Shown here in pieces: positions 26,470 to 36,052 of a stretch of DNA of 64,000 bases (the first letter of the stretch is position 1; each line of letters starts with the position of its first letter). Origin of the DNA: an uncultured Actinotalea sp. (GTDB lineage Bacteria; Actinomycetota; Actinomycetes; Actinomycetales; Cellulomonadaceae). The stretch lies in NCBI GenBank assembly GCA_964416715.1, contig CAYQFJ010000002.1, forward strand, positions 15,523-79,522, given 5' to 3'. Both the position numbers and the translations under genes were made by a program. The notes under the pieces were generated by a model. That model was not told where the DNA came from, did no database searches, and saw only the letters and a program-made list of their open reading frames with translations.

Positions 26470-26477
26470 ATGTGCGG
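26470..26477 (-). promoter_or_regulatory. CCGCACAT motif (TG class), leadered
   Basis: GTGCCGCACATCTG right after the pilC stop, ahead of the 26423-22899 operon. Confidence 0.6.
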
Positions 26478-26492
26478 CACCGACCAGGACCG

Positions 26493-27755
26493 TCACTGGA
26501 TGAGGTTGAACACCTCGAACGTGGGCAGGTACATCGCCACGATCAGCCCGCCGAGCATCACGCCCATCCCGACGATCAGGATCGGCTCCAGCAGCGACGC
26601 GAGCCGCTTGGTCGTGGACTCGATCTGCTGGTCGTAGAACTCGGCGATCTTCGAGAGCATCTCGCTGATCGCGCCGGACTCCTCACCGACAGAGACCATC
26701 TGCACGATCATCTCGGGGAACACTCCCCCGTCACCGAGGTGCTCCGAGAGCCGTTCACCGTGCTTGACGTGCTCCGCCGCTGCCCGCACGGCGTCACGCA
26801 CCACGGTGTTGCCCGCGGTCTCCGCGACGACGTCCAGGGCGGAGAGCATCTGCACACCCGAGCTCAGCATCACCGACAGGTTGCGGGCGAACCGTACGAT
26901 CGCGAGCTTGCGGATCAGTGGCCCGAACACCGGCAGCCGCAGCTTGACCGGGTCGACGACGGCCCGGACCCGTTCGGTGTTCTTGTTCCTGCGCCACCAC
27001 ACCACCAGCGCGGCGATCACCGGCAGCGCCGGGAGAGTGACGACCTTCAGCACGTCGGACAACCCGACCGCGATGCGGGTGGGCAGCGGGAGCTCCCCGC
27101 CGAGGTCGGAGAACATGGACGTGAACACCGGGACGATGAACAACAGCATCCCGATCGCCCCGAGCACCCCCATGATCATCACGACGATCGGGTACGTCGA
27201 GGCGGACTTGATCTCCGCCCGCAGGTGCACGTCCGCTTCGGTGGACTCGGCGACCTCTCGCATCGCGGTCTCGAGGAACCCACCGACCTCGCCGGCGTGC
27301 ACCATCGACACCATCAGCGGTGGGAACACCCGGGGGTGCTCGGCCAGCGCACCGGACAGCGGCTTACCGCCCTGCACCGCGGTGGTGACCTTCTCCAGCG
27401 TCGCGGCCAGCGTCGGGTTCTCCGTCTGCCGGGTCAGGACGGTCAGCGCCCGAAGGACGGTCATCCCGGCCGAGATCATCGTGGCGAACATGCGGGCGAA
27501 CACGGCAAGGTCGTCGGGCTTGACCCGCTTGGCCATGCCGGGGATCTCCATGTCCCATCCGCGTCCGGCGGACTTGACCAGCAGTGGTGTCAGGCCACGC
27601 ATCTCCAGGCCGGCGCGGACCTCGCTCTCGTCGGTGGCGTCGACCTTCTCGACGGTCACCTTCCCGGTCTTGGGGTCCAACGCCCGGGCGGTGTACGTGG
27701 AGGTGGAGCGGTCGCGTGCCCCTGAGGTACGGCGCGTGGCGGTGGTGGTGGTCAT
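26493..27755 (-). CDS. pilC: Type IV pilus platform protein (PilC/GspF)
   Basis: FARMFATMISAG, HPRVFPPLMVSMVHAGEVGG, VSVGEESGAISEMLSKIAEFY, YLPTF. Confidence 0.95.
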   Translation of the reverse strand: MTTTTATRRTSGARDRSTSTYTARALDPKTGKVTVEKVDATDESEVRAGLEMRGLTPLLVKSAGRGWDMEIPGMAKRVKPDDLAVFARMFATMISAGMTVLRALTVLTRQTENPTLAATLEKVTTAVQGGKPLSGALAEHPRVFPPLMVSMVHAGEVGGFLETAMREVAESTEADVHLRAEIKSASTYPIVVMIMGVLGAIGMLLFIVPVFTSMFSDLGGELPLPTRIAVGLSDVLKVVTLPALPVIAALVVWWRRNKNTERVRAVVDPVKLRLPVFGPLIRKLAIVRFARNLSVMLSSGVQMLSALDVVAETAGNTVVRDAVRAAAEHVKHGERLSEHLGDGGVFPEMIVQMVSVGEESGAISEMLSKIAEFYDQQIESTTKRLASLLEPILIVGMGVMLGGLIVAMYLPTFEVFNLIQ

Positions 27756-28999
27756 GCGATCCTCCGTGCGGTGTGCGGGCGGCCCAGGTGTCGGTCGAGC
27801 TCGGCGAGGTCGGAGGCGTTCGCCGCGGCCTCCTCGTAGGAGACCCGCTCTTCCTTGACCAGGCGGGCCAGGTCGGCGTTGAGGGTGTGCATGCCGCGTT
27901 CGGCACCGGTCTGCAGGACCGACGGGAGCTGCTCGAGCTTCCCGTTGCGGATCAGGTTGCGTGAGTCGGGTCCGAGCATCATCACCTCACGGGCTGGTGC
28001 TCGTCCGGTCCCGTCGACGGTCTTGATCAGGGTCTGGGTGATGACGGCTTCCAGGCAGGACGCCAGGGTCGTCTGGATCTGGTTCTGGATCTCCTTGGGG
28101 AACATGTTCACGGCTCGGGAGACGGCTTCCGGGGCGGACTTGGTGTGCATGGTCCCGAAGACGAGGTGGCCGGTCTCGGCGGCTTCGATCGCGGCGTGCG
28201 TGGTCTCCAGGTCCCGCATCTCGCCGAGCATGATGATGTCGGGGTCCTGGCGCAGGGAGGCGCGAAGCGCGGTGGCGAACGACGTGGTGTCCTCGTGGAC
28301 CTCGCGCTGGTTGACCAGGGACAGCTGAGACTGGTGGGTGAACTCGATCGGGTCCTCGATGGTGAGGATGTGGGCTCGGCGGGTGCGGTTCGCCAGGTCC
28401 ATCAGCGAGGCCAGGAGGGTGGACTTGCCGGACCCGGTCTGGCCGGTGACCAGGACCAGGCCGCGCGGGAGGTTCACCAGGTCGCGGATGGGCTGCGGGA
28501 TGCTCAGCTCGTCGACGGTGCGGATCCTGGTGGGGACGGTGCGCAGGACCGCTGCGATGTTGCCGCGTTGACGGAACACGTTGACGCGGAATCGTGCGAC
28601 GTCGTCGAGCGTGTAGGACAGGTCGATGTCGTTGCGTGTCTCGAACTCCTCGCGCTGCCGGTCGTTCATGATCCCGGTCAGCATCTGCTCCAGGTGGCCG
28701 GCGTCGATCGGCCCGGCCCCTTCGACGGGGGTCAGGGAGCCGTGCAGGCGCACGTTCGGGGTCCCGTCGGCGGTCAGGTGAAGGTCCGAGGCGCCGTTGT
28801 CCACGACCCAGCCCAGGAGCTGGTCGAGGCTGACGTCAGCGCCGATGTCCTGGGTTGTGGTCTCCACGACGACCGGTCGCCCAGGTGTCACCGGTGGCGG
28901 CGGGGTGGCGGCCACCGGGGCCGACCGGACCGGGGGTGGGATGGTGACCGCCGGTGGGTGCGGTGGTGTGGCCGCGGGGCCGAAGAAGTCTGTGCTCAC
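27752..28999 (-). CDS. pilT: Type IV pilus retraction ATPase
   Basis: GASDLHL, RFRVNVFRQRG, GQTGSGKST, TIEDPIEF, LRQDPDIIMLGEMRD, AAETGHLVFGTMHT, SRNLIRNGK. Confidence 0.93.
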   Translation of the reverse strand: MSTDFFGPAATPPHPPAVTIPPPVRSAPVAATPPPPVTPGRPVVVETTTQDIGADVSLDQLLGWVVDNGASDLHLTADGTPNVRLHGSLTPVEGAGPIDAGHLEQMLTGIMNDRQREEFETRNDIDLSYTLDDVARFRVNVFRQRGNIAAVLRTVPTRIRTVDELSIPQPIRDLVNLPRGLVLVTGQTGSGKSTLLASLMDLANRTRRAHILTIEDPIEFTHQSQLSLVNQREVHEDTTSFATALRASLRQDPDIIMLGEMRDLETTHAAIEAAETGHLVFGTMHTKSAPEAVSRAVNMFPKEIQNQIQTTLASCLEAVITQTLIKTVDGTGRAPAREVMMLGPDSRNLIRNGKLEQLPSVLQTGAERGMHTLNADLARLVKEERVSYEEAAANASDLAELDRHLGRPHTARRIA

Positions 29000-29009
29000 G
29001 GGTTGCTCC

Positions 29010-30650
29010 TCACGCGACGACTCGAAGGACTTCGGCGATGGTCGTCTGGCCGGAGCAGACCTTGGCCCACCCGTCGCCACGCATCGGGATCATCCCGTCG
29101 CCCGTGGCGAGCTCGGAGATGACGTCGACCGTCGCCTCACGGGCGATGGCCTTCTCCAGTGCGGGGCTACGCACCATCGTCTCGTGGACCGCGAGGCGGC
29201 CCTGGTAGCCGGTGTCGGAGCAGCGGGCGCACCCGACGGCTTCGAAGAACCGGGGTGTGACCCCCTCCGGCGGGAAGAACCCGGACCGTTCCAGCTCGGC
29301 CGGGTCGGGCACGTAGGGGCGCTTGCACGCCTCGCACAGCTGCCGGACCAGTCGTTGGGCCAGGACGCACTCGAGCACGGACCCGACCAGGAACGGTTCG
29401 ACGCCCATCTCGGACAGGCGTGTCGCAGCTTCCGGGGCGCTGGTCGTGTGGAGGGTCGACAGGACCAGGTGACCGGTGAGGGCCGCCTCGATGGCGATCT
29501 TCGCGGTCTCTGCGTCGCGGATCTCACCGACGAGGATGATGTCGGGGTCCTGGCGCAGGATCGAGCGCAGCGCCCGGGCGAACGTCAGGCCGGCCCGCGG
29601 GTTGACCTGCACCTGGTTGATCCGGGGGATGCGGTACTCGACGGGGTCCTCGACGGTGACGATGTTGACGTCCGGGCTCGCGAGCTCGTTCAGGGTGGCA
29701 TACAGGGTGGTCGACTTCCCCGAACCGGTCGGTCCGGTGACCAGCAGCATCCCGGAGGGCTTGCGAGAGGCGGAGCGCCACCGCTGCGCGTTCGCGTCGG
29801 TGAACGCGAAGTCCGTCAGGGACCGGCGGGTGGCGGAGTTGTCGAGGATCCGCAGCACGACCTTCTCCCCGTGCACGGTCGGGAGGGTCGAGACGCGCAT
29901 GTCGATCTTCTTGCCCCCGCGGGTGCGTGAGATGCGCCCGTCCTGCGGTACCCGGGACTCGGCGATGTCCATCCCCGAGATCACCTTGAGCCTCGAGGTG
30001 ACCGACAGGGCGATCGACTTGGGGATCGGCGGCTTGTCGATCAGCACGCCGTCGATGCGGTACCGCACCGCCATCTCGGCCGACCCCGGTTCGATGTGGA
30101 TGTCCGAGGCCCGGTCGGTGATCGCCTGGTCGAGGGTGAGCTCGACCATCCGCACGGACGCGTCCGACGCCCCTGAGCCGCCGGCGACCTCCCCGGCCAG
30201 GGCGAGGATCTCCATCTCGTTGCGGTACTCCGCGTCCAGCTTGGCCTTGACGTCCTGCTCGGGTGCGACGACCAGCCGGAACGGGCGGCCCAGTGCCAGG
30301 TGCAGGTCGTCGGAGACCTGGGTGGACGCGGCGGACTGTGCGGTCGTGGCGATCACGACGGTGTCACCGTCGAAGCCGAGGGGCACGACGGACCAGCGGC
30401 GCGCCTTGGACTTGTCGAGCAGGGCGATCGCGTCCTCATCGCACTTGACCGACGCCAGGTCGTCCATGAGCGGGAGGCCGTGGGCGTTGGAGACCGCGGA
30501 CCGTGCCTGTTCGCGGGTGATCAGGCCGAGCTCCACGGCGGCCCGTCCCGCGGTCATCGTGGGGTTGGCGGCCAGGTGCGCGGAGACCTGCTGTCCCTGC
30601 CCCGGGGTGAGGGTGCCGGAGTCCGTCAGGTACGTCAGGACGTCCGACAT
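29010..30650 (-). CDS. pilB: Type IV pilus assembly ATPase (PilB/GspE)
   Basis: RASDIHIEP, PQDGRI, GPTGSGKSTTLY, LRQDPDIILVGEIRD, tetracysteine CEAC...CARC; start MSDVLTYL. Confidence 0.95.
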   Translation of the reverse strand: MSDVLTYLTDSGTLTPGQGQQVSAHLAANPTMTAGRAAVELGLITREQARSAVSNAHGLPLMDDLASVKCDEDAIALLDKSKARRWSVVPLGFDGDTVVIATTAQSAASTQVSDDLHLALGRPFRLVVAPEQDVKAKLDAEYRNEMEILALAGEVAGGSGASDASVRMVELTLDQAITDRASDIHIEPGSAEMAVRYRIDGVLIDKPPIPKSIALSVTSRLKVISGMDIAESRVPQDGRISRTRGGKKIDMRVSTLPTVHGEKVVLRILDNSATRRSLTDFAFTDANAQRWRSASRKPSGMLLVTGPTGSGKSTTLYATLNELASPDVNIVTVEDPVEYRIPRINQVQVNPRAGLTFARALRSILRQDPDIILVGEIRDAETAKIAIEAALTGHLVLSTLHTTSAPEAATRLSEMGVEPFLVGSVLECVLAQRLVRQLCEACKRPYVPDPAELERSGFFPPEGVTPRFFEAVGCARCSDTGYQGRLAVHETMVRSPALEKAIAREATVDVISELATGDGMIPMRGDGWAKVCSGQTTIAEVLRVVA

Positions 30651-30696
30651 CTGAACCCACTCTCCGTTCCGTGTGTCGCCCGACATGAGCACCGGG

Positions 30697-30720
30697 GTGT
30701 ATGTCAGACTGTACATACAG
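30697..30720. promoter_or_regulatory. 24-bp imperfect palindromic operator between divergent pilB and pilM
   Basis: GTGTATGTCAGACTGTACATACAG. Confidence 0.72.
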
Positions 30721-30800
30721 TAACTGGGAATCGGCCCGCCCCGCGACGGAGTGTCGTCAAGCCCGCGAGCAGACCCAGCTAGGGGCGCGAAGGAGCAGGA

Positions 30801-31856
30801 ATGAACGGGACGATCGTCGGGATCGACGTGGGGGCCACCGGCATCCGGGCCGTGGAGACGGCCACCCGAGGCCGGGCGCTGCAGGTACGCCGAGCCGCAG
30901 CCGTCACACTCCCACCCGGCGCCGTCGTCAACGGTGTCGTCCGTGAACCTGCGACCGTCACCGCAGCGCTGAAGACCCTGTTCCGCAAGGGCCGGTTCTC
31001 CACACGACGCGTCACCACCGTCGTCGGCGCACACCCCGCCGTCCTGGTCCGACCCGCGACCGTCCCGCACATGGCCGCGGCAGCCGACCAGCGGGGAGTC
31101 GTACGCGCCGCAGCACCCGACGTCCTGCCCGTCCCCGTCGACAAGCAGTACCTCGGGCACCACACCATCGCCGTCCGTGAACGTGCGACCGAAGACGGCG
31201 GAACCACCACCGTCGCCGACATCGCCCTGGTGGCCGCCGACCGCGAATGCGTCGACAGCATCGTCGAGGCAATCGAGAGCGCAGGACTGCGCCCCGCCAG
31301 CATCGACGTCACCGCGTTCGCACTGACCCGGTTCGTCGCGATGGCAGCATCAGGCCCCGGACGCCTGGACGTCATCGCCCACATCGGGGCCCACACCACC
31401 TCCATCATCGGCGTCGCCGACGGCCAACCGGCGTTCCAGCGCCCGATCAACGACTTCGCCGGCGCCCAGATCACCGGCGCCATCCAGGAAGCCCTCGGCT
31501 GCCCCCTCGACACCGCCGAGCAGCTCAAGCGGACCGCCGCATCCCTGGCCGGACCCGAGGGCGACAAGGTCAACACCGTCGTCTCCGGGTGGACCACTGC
31601 CACGGTCGACGCGATCAAGACCGCCATCACCGAAGCGTCCTGGCAGTCCGGCACACCGCTGGGCCGTGTCTGGCTCTCCGGTGGCGGTGCACGACTGGCC
31701 ACCCTCGCCCCGCAGCTCAAGGCCCAGCTCGGCCACGGCGCCCACGTCGCGATCCTCGAACCGGCCACCTGGGTCTCCAAGCCCGGCCGGCTCGTCAAGG
31801 CAACCGACTCCACCGGGCAGGACTTCACCGTCGCCCTCGCAGCGAGCAACCGGTAA
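30801..31856 (+). CDS. pilM: Type IV pilus assembly protein PilM (actin-like)
   Basis: VGIDVGATGIRAVE, LPPGAVVNG, AGLRPASIDVTAFAL, HIGAHTT, VWLSGGGARL. Confidence 0.88.
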   Translation: MNGTIVGIDVGATGIRAVETATRGRALQVRRAAAVTLPPGAVVNGVVREPATVTAALKTLFRKGRFSTRRVTTVVGAHPAVLVRPATVPHMAAAADQRGVVRAAAPDVLPVPVDKQYLGHHTIAVRERATEDGGTTTVADIALVAADRECVDSIVEAIESAGLRPASIDVTAFALTRFVAMAASGPGRLDVIAHIGAHTTSIIGVADGQPAFQRPINDFAGAQITGAIQEALGCPLDTAEQLKRTAASLAGPEGDKVNTVVSGWTTATVDAIKTAITEASWQSGTPLGRVWLSGGGARLATLAPQLKAQLGHGAHVAILEPATWVSKPGRLVKATDSTGQDFTVALAASNR

Positions 31857-31870
31857 AGAGGCACACGACC

Positions 31871-32560
31871 ATGGAACTGACCCTCACCCGCAGGCCGCGA
31901 CAGGCCACCGGACCGTTCACCCCCGCCCAGCCGCGGGTCAACCTGCTGCCCGACTCCGCCGTCGAACGCGCAGCGACGTCCCGAGCGAAGGTTCTGGCGA
32001 TCATCACCTGGGTCGCCTCGCTCCTCGCGGTCGCCGGCTGGTGGGGAACCGGGGTCCTCAACGCCAACAGCGCAACCGAGGCGCTGTCCGAGGCTCAGGA
32101 CCGGGGACAGTCGCTGTCCATCGAGCTCGCCCGGTACGCACCAGTGACCTCGATCGCCCGACAGACCCAAGCCCTGGACGACACCGTCGCGTCCCAGACC
32201 GCCACCGAGGTCCAGCACTCCGCGGTCATCACCCGCTTCCTGGACGCCGTGGCTGGGACGCTGAACGTCGAGAGCGTGCAGATCAGCACGAGCAACACCG
32301 CGGCCTGCGTGTCGGTGGACCCGTTCAAGCAGGTCCCCCTGGCCGGGTGCATCACCTTCTCCGGTACCGCACCCGCCGGCCAGTCCGCCGCCCCCGAGCT
32401 CATCAGCGCCCTGACCACCGACCCGTGGTTCTCCGACCCGTTCATCCCCACCGTCGGCTCCACCGGGACCGACGGGACACCACTGTCGGGGACCGTCGGG
32501 CTCACCACCGACGCCTACAGCTCCCCGACCGCGCCGCTGCCACCCACCACGGAGGACTGA
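31871..32560 (+). CDS. PilN-like protein
   Basis: PRVNLLP motif (PilN INLLP-type) followed by a TM helix; directly after pilM. Confidence 0.75.
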   Translation: MELTLTRRPRQATGPFTPAQPRVNLLPDSAVERAATSRAKVLAIITWVASLLAVAGWWGTGVLNANSATEALSEAQDRGQSLSIELARYAPVTSIARQTQALDDTVASQTATEVQHSAVITRFLDAVAGTLNVESVQISTSNTAACVSVDPFKQVPLAGCITFSGTAPAGQSAAPELISALTTDPWFSDPFIPTVGSTGTDGTPLSGTVGLTTDAYSSPTAPLPPTTED

Positions 32561-32563
32561 CCG

Positions 32564-33244
32564 ATGCGCAAGCCCACCATGCTCGGCGCCCTGGCGGTCA
32601 CCGTGACCGCCGCCGGCGGCTACCTGGGTCTGATCGCCCCGCAGGCCGACGCGACCGCACAGGTCCGCGAGGAGCTCGCCACGGTCGAGGCGAAGATCCC
32701 CGAGCTGAAGGCGCAGCTCGACAACATCACCGACTCCGTCCAGGGCCTGCGAGAGCTGTCGCAGCAGGTGCCCGCGTCGATCGACATGCCCACCCTGTAC
32801 GCCGAGATCAACCAGGTCGCGCAGAACGCCGGGCCCGGTGTGTCGATCTCGAACGTGTCGGTCACTGTGCCGTCGCTGCTCACACCGCCCGACCAAGTCC
32901 CCGCCGTCGACGAACCGGAGCCGGCCGACACCGGGCAGGCACCCGAACAGGACCCGGGCGAACCGGAGACACAGGACCCCGCGGTGAGCCCGCCGCCGTC
33001 CGCGGTGCTCGCGTCCTACCAGGTCTCCATCGAAGCGAAGGCGGGACCGGACCAGGCCGCAGCGTTCCTCGAGGCCCTCGACAAGATGCAGCGGCTCAAC
33101 GTCGTGTCGGTGACGGGGATGACCGTCACCGGTGACACCGCCACGATCCGTGTCGCCGCGACCTTGTTCCTGCAGCAGGTCGACGTCGACGGACTGGCCT
33201 CACAGATCGAAGCCCTGGCGGCCGAGACCGGCCAGGACGACTGA
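32564..33244 (+). CDS. PilO-like protein
   Basis: TM helix, coiled coil and QVPASIDMPTL; third gene of the pilMNO-like block. Confidence 0.7.
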   Translation: MRKPTMLGALAVTVTAAGGYLGLIAPQADATAQVREELATVEAKIPELKAQLDNITDSVQGLRELSQQVPASIDMPTLYAEINQVAQNAGPGVSISNVSVTVPSLLTPPDQVPAVDEPEPADTGQAPEQDPGEPETQDPAVSPPPSAVLASYQVSIEAKAGPDQAAAFLEALDKMQRLNVVSVTGMTVTGDTATIRVAATLFLQQVDVDGLASQIEALAAETGQDD

Positions 33245-33277
33245 CACCCGGCCGAAGCACCCCGGAACTTGCATGAC

Positions 33278-33318
33278 AGGGGGCCGGGGCGCCAATCTGC
33301 ATGACGCCCCGGCCCCCT
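33278..33318. terminator. Stem-loop between convergent genes
   Basis: AGGGGGCCGGGGCG...CGCCCCGGCCCCCT. Confidence 0.6.
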
Positions 33319-33328
33319 CACGCGGCGA

Positions 33329-35002
33329 TCAGGCCGCCTGGTCCACCCCGAGGTAGGCCACCAGGTCCTGAGCCCGCACCGACGCCTCCTGAGCGTCCCG
33401 CAGGGCACGCTGGGCGTCCTCGACTTCGGCCGTCGCCGCACGCGCACGCGCCTGCGCCTGCTCCAGCGCCGTCTGGGCCGGACCCACCTCGTCGACACGC
33501 ACCCGCTCAACCGACTGGTCAGCGCGCTCCAGCACCGGACCCGCGGTGGTCTCCACCTGGGCACGGGCGTCCGCTGCGGCACGCGACGCGACTTCGGCGT
33601 CCTCGCGAGCGACGGCGACCACCTGCTCCTGCGCCTCGACCAGTCCCCGGAGCCTGGCGAGCTCGTCGGCCTCATCGCCGACCCGGGCCTCCAGGTCCGC
33701 GGCGCGCTGCGCGGCCTGCGTGGCGGCCGCCAGGATGTCGGCGTACTCAGCCCGCACCCGCTGCGCGTCGGCCTCCGCCCTGTCCAGCGCGGCCTGCGCC
33801 TGTGCTGCGGCGTTGCCCGCGGCCTCGAGGTCGCGGTGGCACTGGCCGACGGCCGACTCGGCCAGGTCCAGCTCGTCACCGGCTCGAGCGAGCTCGGCGG
33901 CCACCGACTGCGCCTCCGTGCGCGCCGAAACCAGGAGCCGGTCGACGATCGCGGCCCGCACCCGTTGGTCGTGGGCGTCCGTGCTGGACCCGAGGAACGC
34001 GTCCAGCAGGTCGCGTGCGCTGGCCGGTGCGGCATGCTCCGGCGACGTCAGCGGGACGACCGGTGCGAGCGGCTCATCAGGCAGGGCAGCTTCGGGAACG
34101 GCGGGCTCGTCGGTCTCCTGCACCCAGGAGTCCGGTTCCGGCTGTCCGGGCTCAGGCACGGTGTCGAGCTCCGGCTCGGGAGCCTCACCTGCACGGTCCA
34201 CCGGGAGGTCACCGGTGAGCGGGTCGTCGGCGTGGGTGTCGGCGGGTGCTTCGTCCTGCGCGGCGACCGGCGCAGGCTGGTCAACCGATCCCCACCCGCG
34301 AGCCGGGTCCTCCCAGTGCTCGGGAACCATCAGCGGCACCTGGGGCGGGGTCGCCTGGAGGAACTCCGGCTGGGCGCCGGACAGCAGGAGCCTGGCGAGC
34401 TCGTCCAGGACCGCGTACCGACTGAGCCCGTGCCGTCCGGCGGTCTGGTCCAGCGACTCGGTACCGTCGAACAGCTCCGAACCGTCGATCCGCACCGCGA
34501 GGAGCCCGCTCGCCTGTGCCGCGGGCACCGGGCGGATCCCCGCCGTGGTCAGCGACTCGCAGATCGTCGCCCACGCGGACTCCAGGGTGTCGACCCGGGC
34601 GGCGACGTCGGCGGTGACGACCTGCCAGTGCGTCGGGGTGAACGTGTCCTGCTCGGTGGATCCCTTGCGGGTCCGTCCGATCTTCGGGCTGTCCCACGTC
34701 AGCGCCGCGGCGAGCAGCCCGTACGCCCAGTCACGCTGCGCAGCGTCCAGCTCGTCGACCCCCATCGGGGTGTCGGTCCCGGCCCGGTGCTGGGCGTAGG
34801 TGTCCACCGGTGGGACCCAGCCACCGGCGTGGACCGCGTAGACGCCGCCCTCGTCGAGCCAGACCGACACCTGCAGCGCCCGGCCGGCCGAGTCGGTGGT
34901 GGACACGTCCAGGCTGCCGGTGAAGCCCTTGCTGGCGGCGTCGACCAGCTGGGCCAGGACGGGGCCGGTGGGGTCGACCCGGGTGGGTGTGGTGACAGTC
35001 AT
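33329..35002 (-). CDS. Hypothetical protein: possible PATAN/DUF4388-like N-terminus, acidic linker, long coiled coil
   Basis: KGFTGSLDV...VWLDEGGVYAV; Ala/Glu-rich heptad C-terminus; GAGGAG RBS. Confidence 0.6.
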   Translation of the reverse strand: MTVTTPTRVDPTGPVLAQLVDAASKGFTGSLDVSTTDSAGRALQVSVWLDEGGVYAVHAGGWVPPVDTYAQHRAGTDTPMGVDELDAAQRDWAYGLLAAALTWDSPKIGRTRKGSTEQDTFTPTHWQVVTADVAARVDTLESAWATICESLTTAGIRPVPAAQASGLLAVRIDGSELFDGTESLDQTAGRHGLSRYAVLDELARLLLSGAQPEFLQATPPQVPLMVPEHWEDPARGWGSVDQPAPVAAQDEAPADTHADDPLTGDLPVDRAGEAPEPELDTVPEPGQPEPDSWVQETDEPAVPEAALPDEPLAPVVPLTSPEHAAPASARDLLDAFLGSSTDAHDQRVRAAIVDRLLVSARTEAQSVAAELARAGDELDLAESAVGQCHRDLEAAGNAAAQAQAALDRAEADAQRVRAEYADILAAATQAAQRAADLEARVGDEADELARLRGLVEAQEQVVAVAREDAEVASRAAADARAQVETTAGPVLERADQSVERVRVDEVGPAQTALEQAQARARAATAEVEDAQRALRDAQEASVRAQDLVAYLGVDQAA

Positions 35003-35179
35003 CCGGTTCTCCTCGAACGCGCTCACAGGGGTGCAGGTGCACTCATCAGTGACCATGCGCAGAAAACTCCAGCCCTGCCGTCCCACCGCAACGGTCCGGT
35101 GCGGCGGGCGTGGTCCTGGCCCGTTCAGGCGGGCCGGTACCGTGCCGAAGGGTGGAGTGGGTGCACGTACCGGGTGGTG

Positions 35180-35187
35180 CCGCACAT
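35180..35187 (+). promoter_or_regulatory. CCGCACAT motif (TG class), leadered
   Basis: GTGCCGCACATC about 50 nt upstream of the lipoprotein gene, which has its own AGGAGG. Confidence 0.6.
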
Positions 35188-35237
35188 CTATGCGCCGCCA
35201 AGCAAAGAGAGGCCCAAGAAGGACCTCTTAGGAGGAG

Positions 35238-35918
35238 ATGAGAACGATGAGCACCACGAAGACCATGACCGTCGCTGCGCTGGTCGTGGCGGGCGTCCTG
35301 GCCGTGGCCGGGTGCTCCACCAGCACGCCCGAGCCGACGCCGGAACCCGAGGTGACCACGCCGACCCCGACGCAGAGCGTCGACACCGGTGACGACGGCG
35401 TGATCGTCGACCCTCCGAAGAAGTCGCCGGAGCCCGAGCCGGTGAGCATCCCCGACGCCGGCACCACCGTCCCGGCTGAGGACGTGGAGGTGCTGCGGGA
35501 GGCTGGCGCGTCGGTGTACGTCTCGCCGAACGGTGACGGGTCGGGCCTGGTACTGGACCCGGCCACGACCGAGCTGCCAGCCCCGGTCGTCGCGGACATC
35601 AAGGCTGCCTCGCCGGCGACCCCTCCGCAGACGATGGAGGAGTTCTCCGAGCGAGGGCTGGCGCAGCAGGCGATGAACGAGGCCCTGGAGGATGCGGGGG
35701 CTGCGTCGTTCTTCCTGATGTACGCGCCGAGTTTCGGCCCGGACAACACCCTCGTCGAGACCCGATACGTCGTGGTCACCTACAACGTCCCCGGCGCGCG
35801 GGAGTGGATCGCCCAGGTCGGCGACTCGCGTAGCGACACGAAGGCCGGGGCGATCGCCAACGCACAGTCGCTCATGGACGCCAACCCTGGTGTCCCGCTG
35901 ATCGACACGACCGCCTGA
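35238..35918 (+). CDS. Putative lipoprotein
   Basis: Lipobox LAVAG|C followed by a Pro/Thr linker. Confidence 0.75.
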   Translation: MRTMSTTKTMTVAALVVAGVLAVAGCSTSTPEPTPEPEVTTPTPTQSVDTGDDGVIVDPPKKSPEPEPVSIPDAGTTVPAEDVEVLREAGASVYVSPNGDGSGLVLDPATTELPAPVVADIKAASPATPPQTMEEFSERGLAQQAMNEALEDAGAASFFLMYAPSFGPDNTLVETRYVVVTYNVPGAREWIAQVGDSRSDTKAGAIANAQSLMDANPGVPLIDTTA

Positions 35919-35921
35919 CCG

Positions 35922-35968
35922 GCACGACAAGACCCCGGCGACCAGGTGTTGCCGGGGTCTTGTCGTGC
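35922..35968. terminator. Perfect 18-bp stem-loop, probably a bidirectional terminator
   Basis: GCACGACAAGACCCCGGC-N11-GCCGGGGTCTTGTCGTGC. Confidence 0.75.
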
Positions 35969-36011
35969 ACGAGGTCGCGGACCGGAGCTTGGTGGTGGGC
36001 ACGACACTCAG

Positions 36012-36019
36012 ATGTGCGG
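36012..36019 (-). promoter_or_regulatory. CCGCACAT motif (TG class), orphan
   Basis: GTGCCGCACAT + 9 nt + GTG 36002, pointing into the hairpin. Confidence 0.55.
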
Positions 36020-36052
36020 CACGACCAACCGACGGCACGCTCGCCCCGGCGG

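Noticed and set aside
31065-31072. CCGCACAT inside pilM
   Set aside because: It lies in coding sequence (Pro-His-Met) with no start codon 9 nt downstream; treated as chance.
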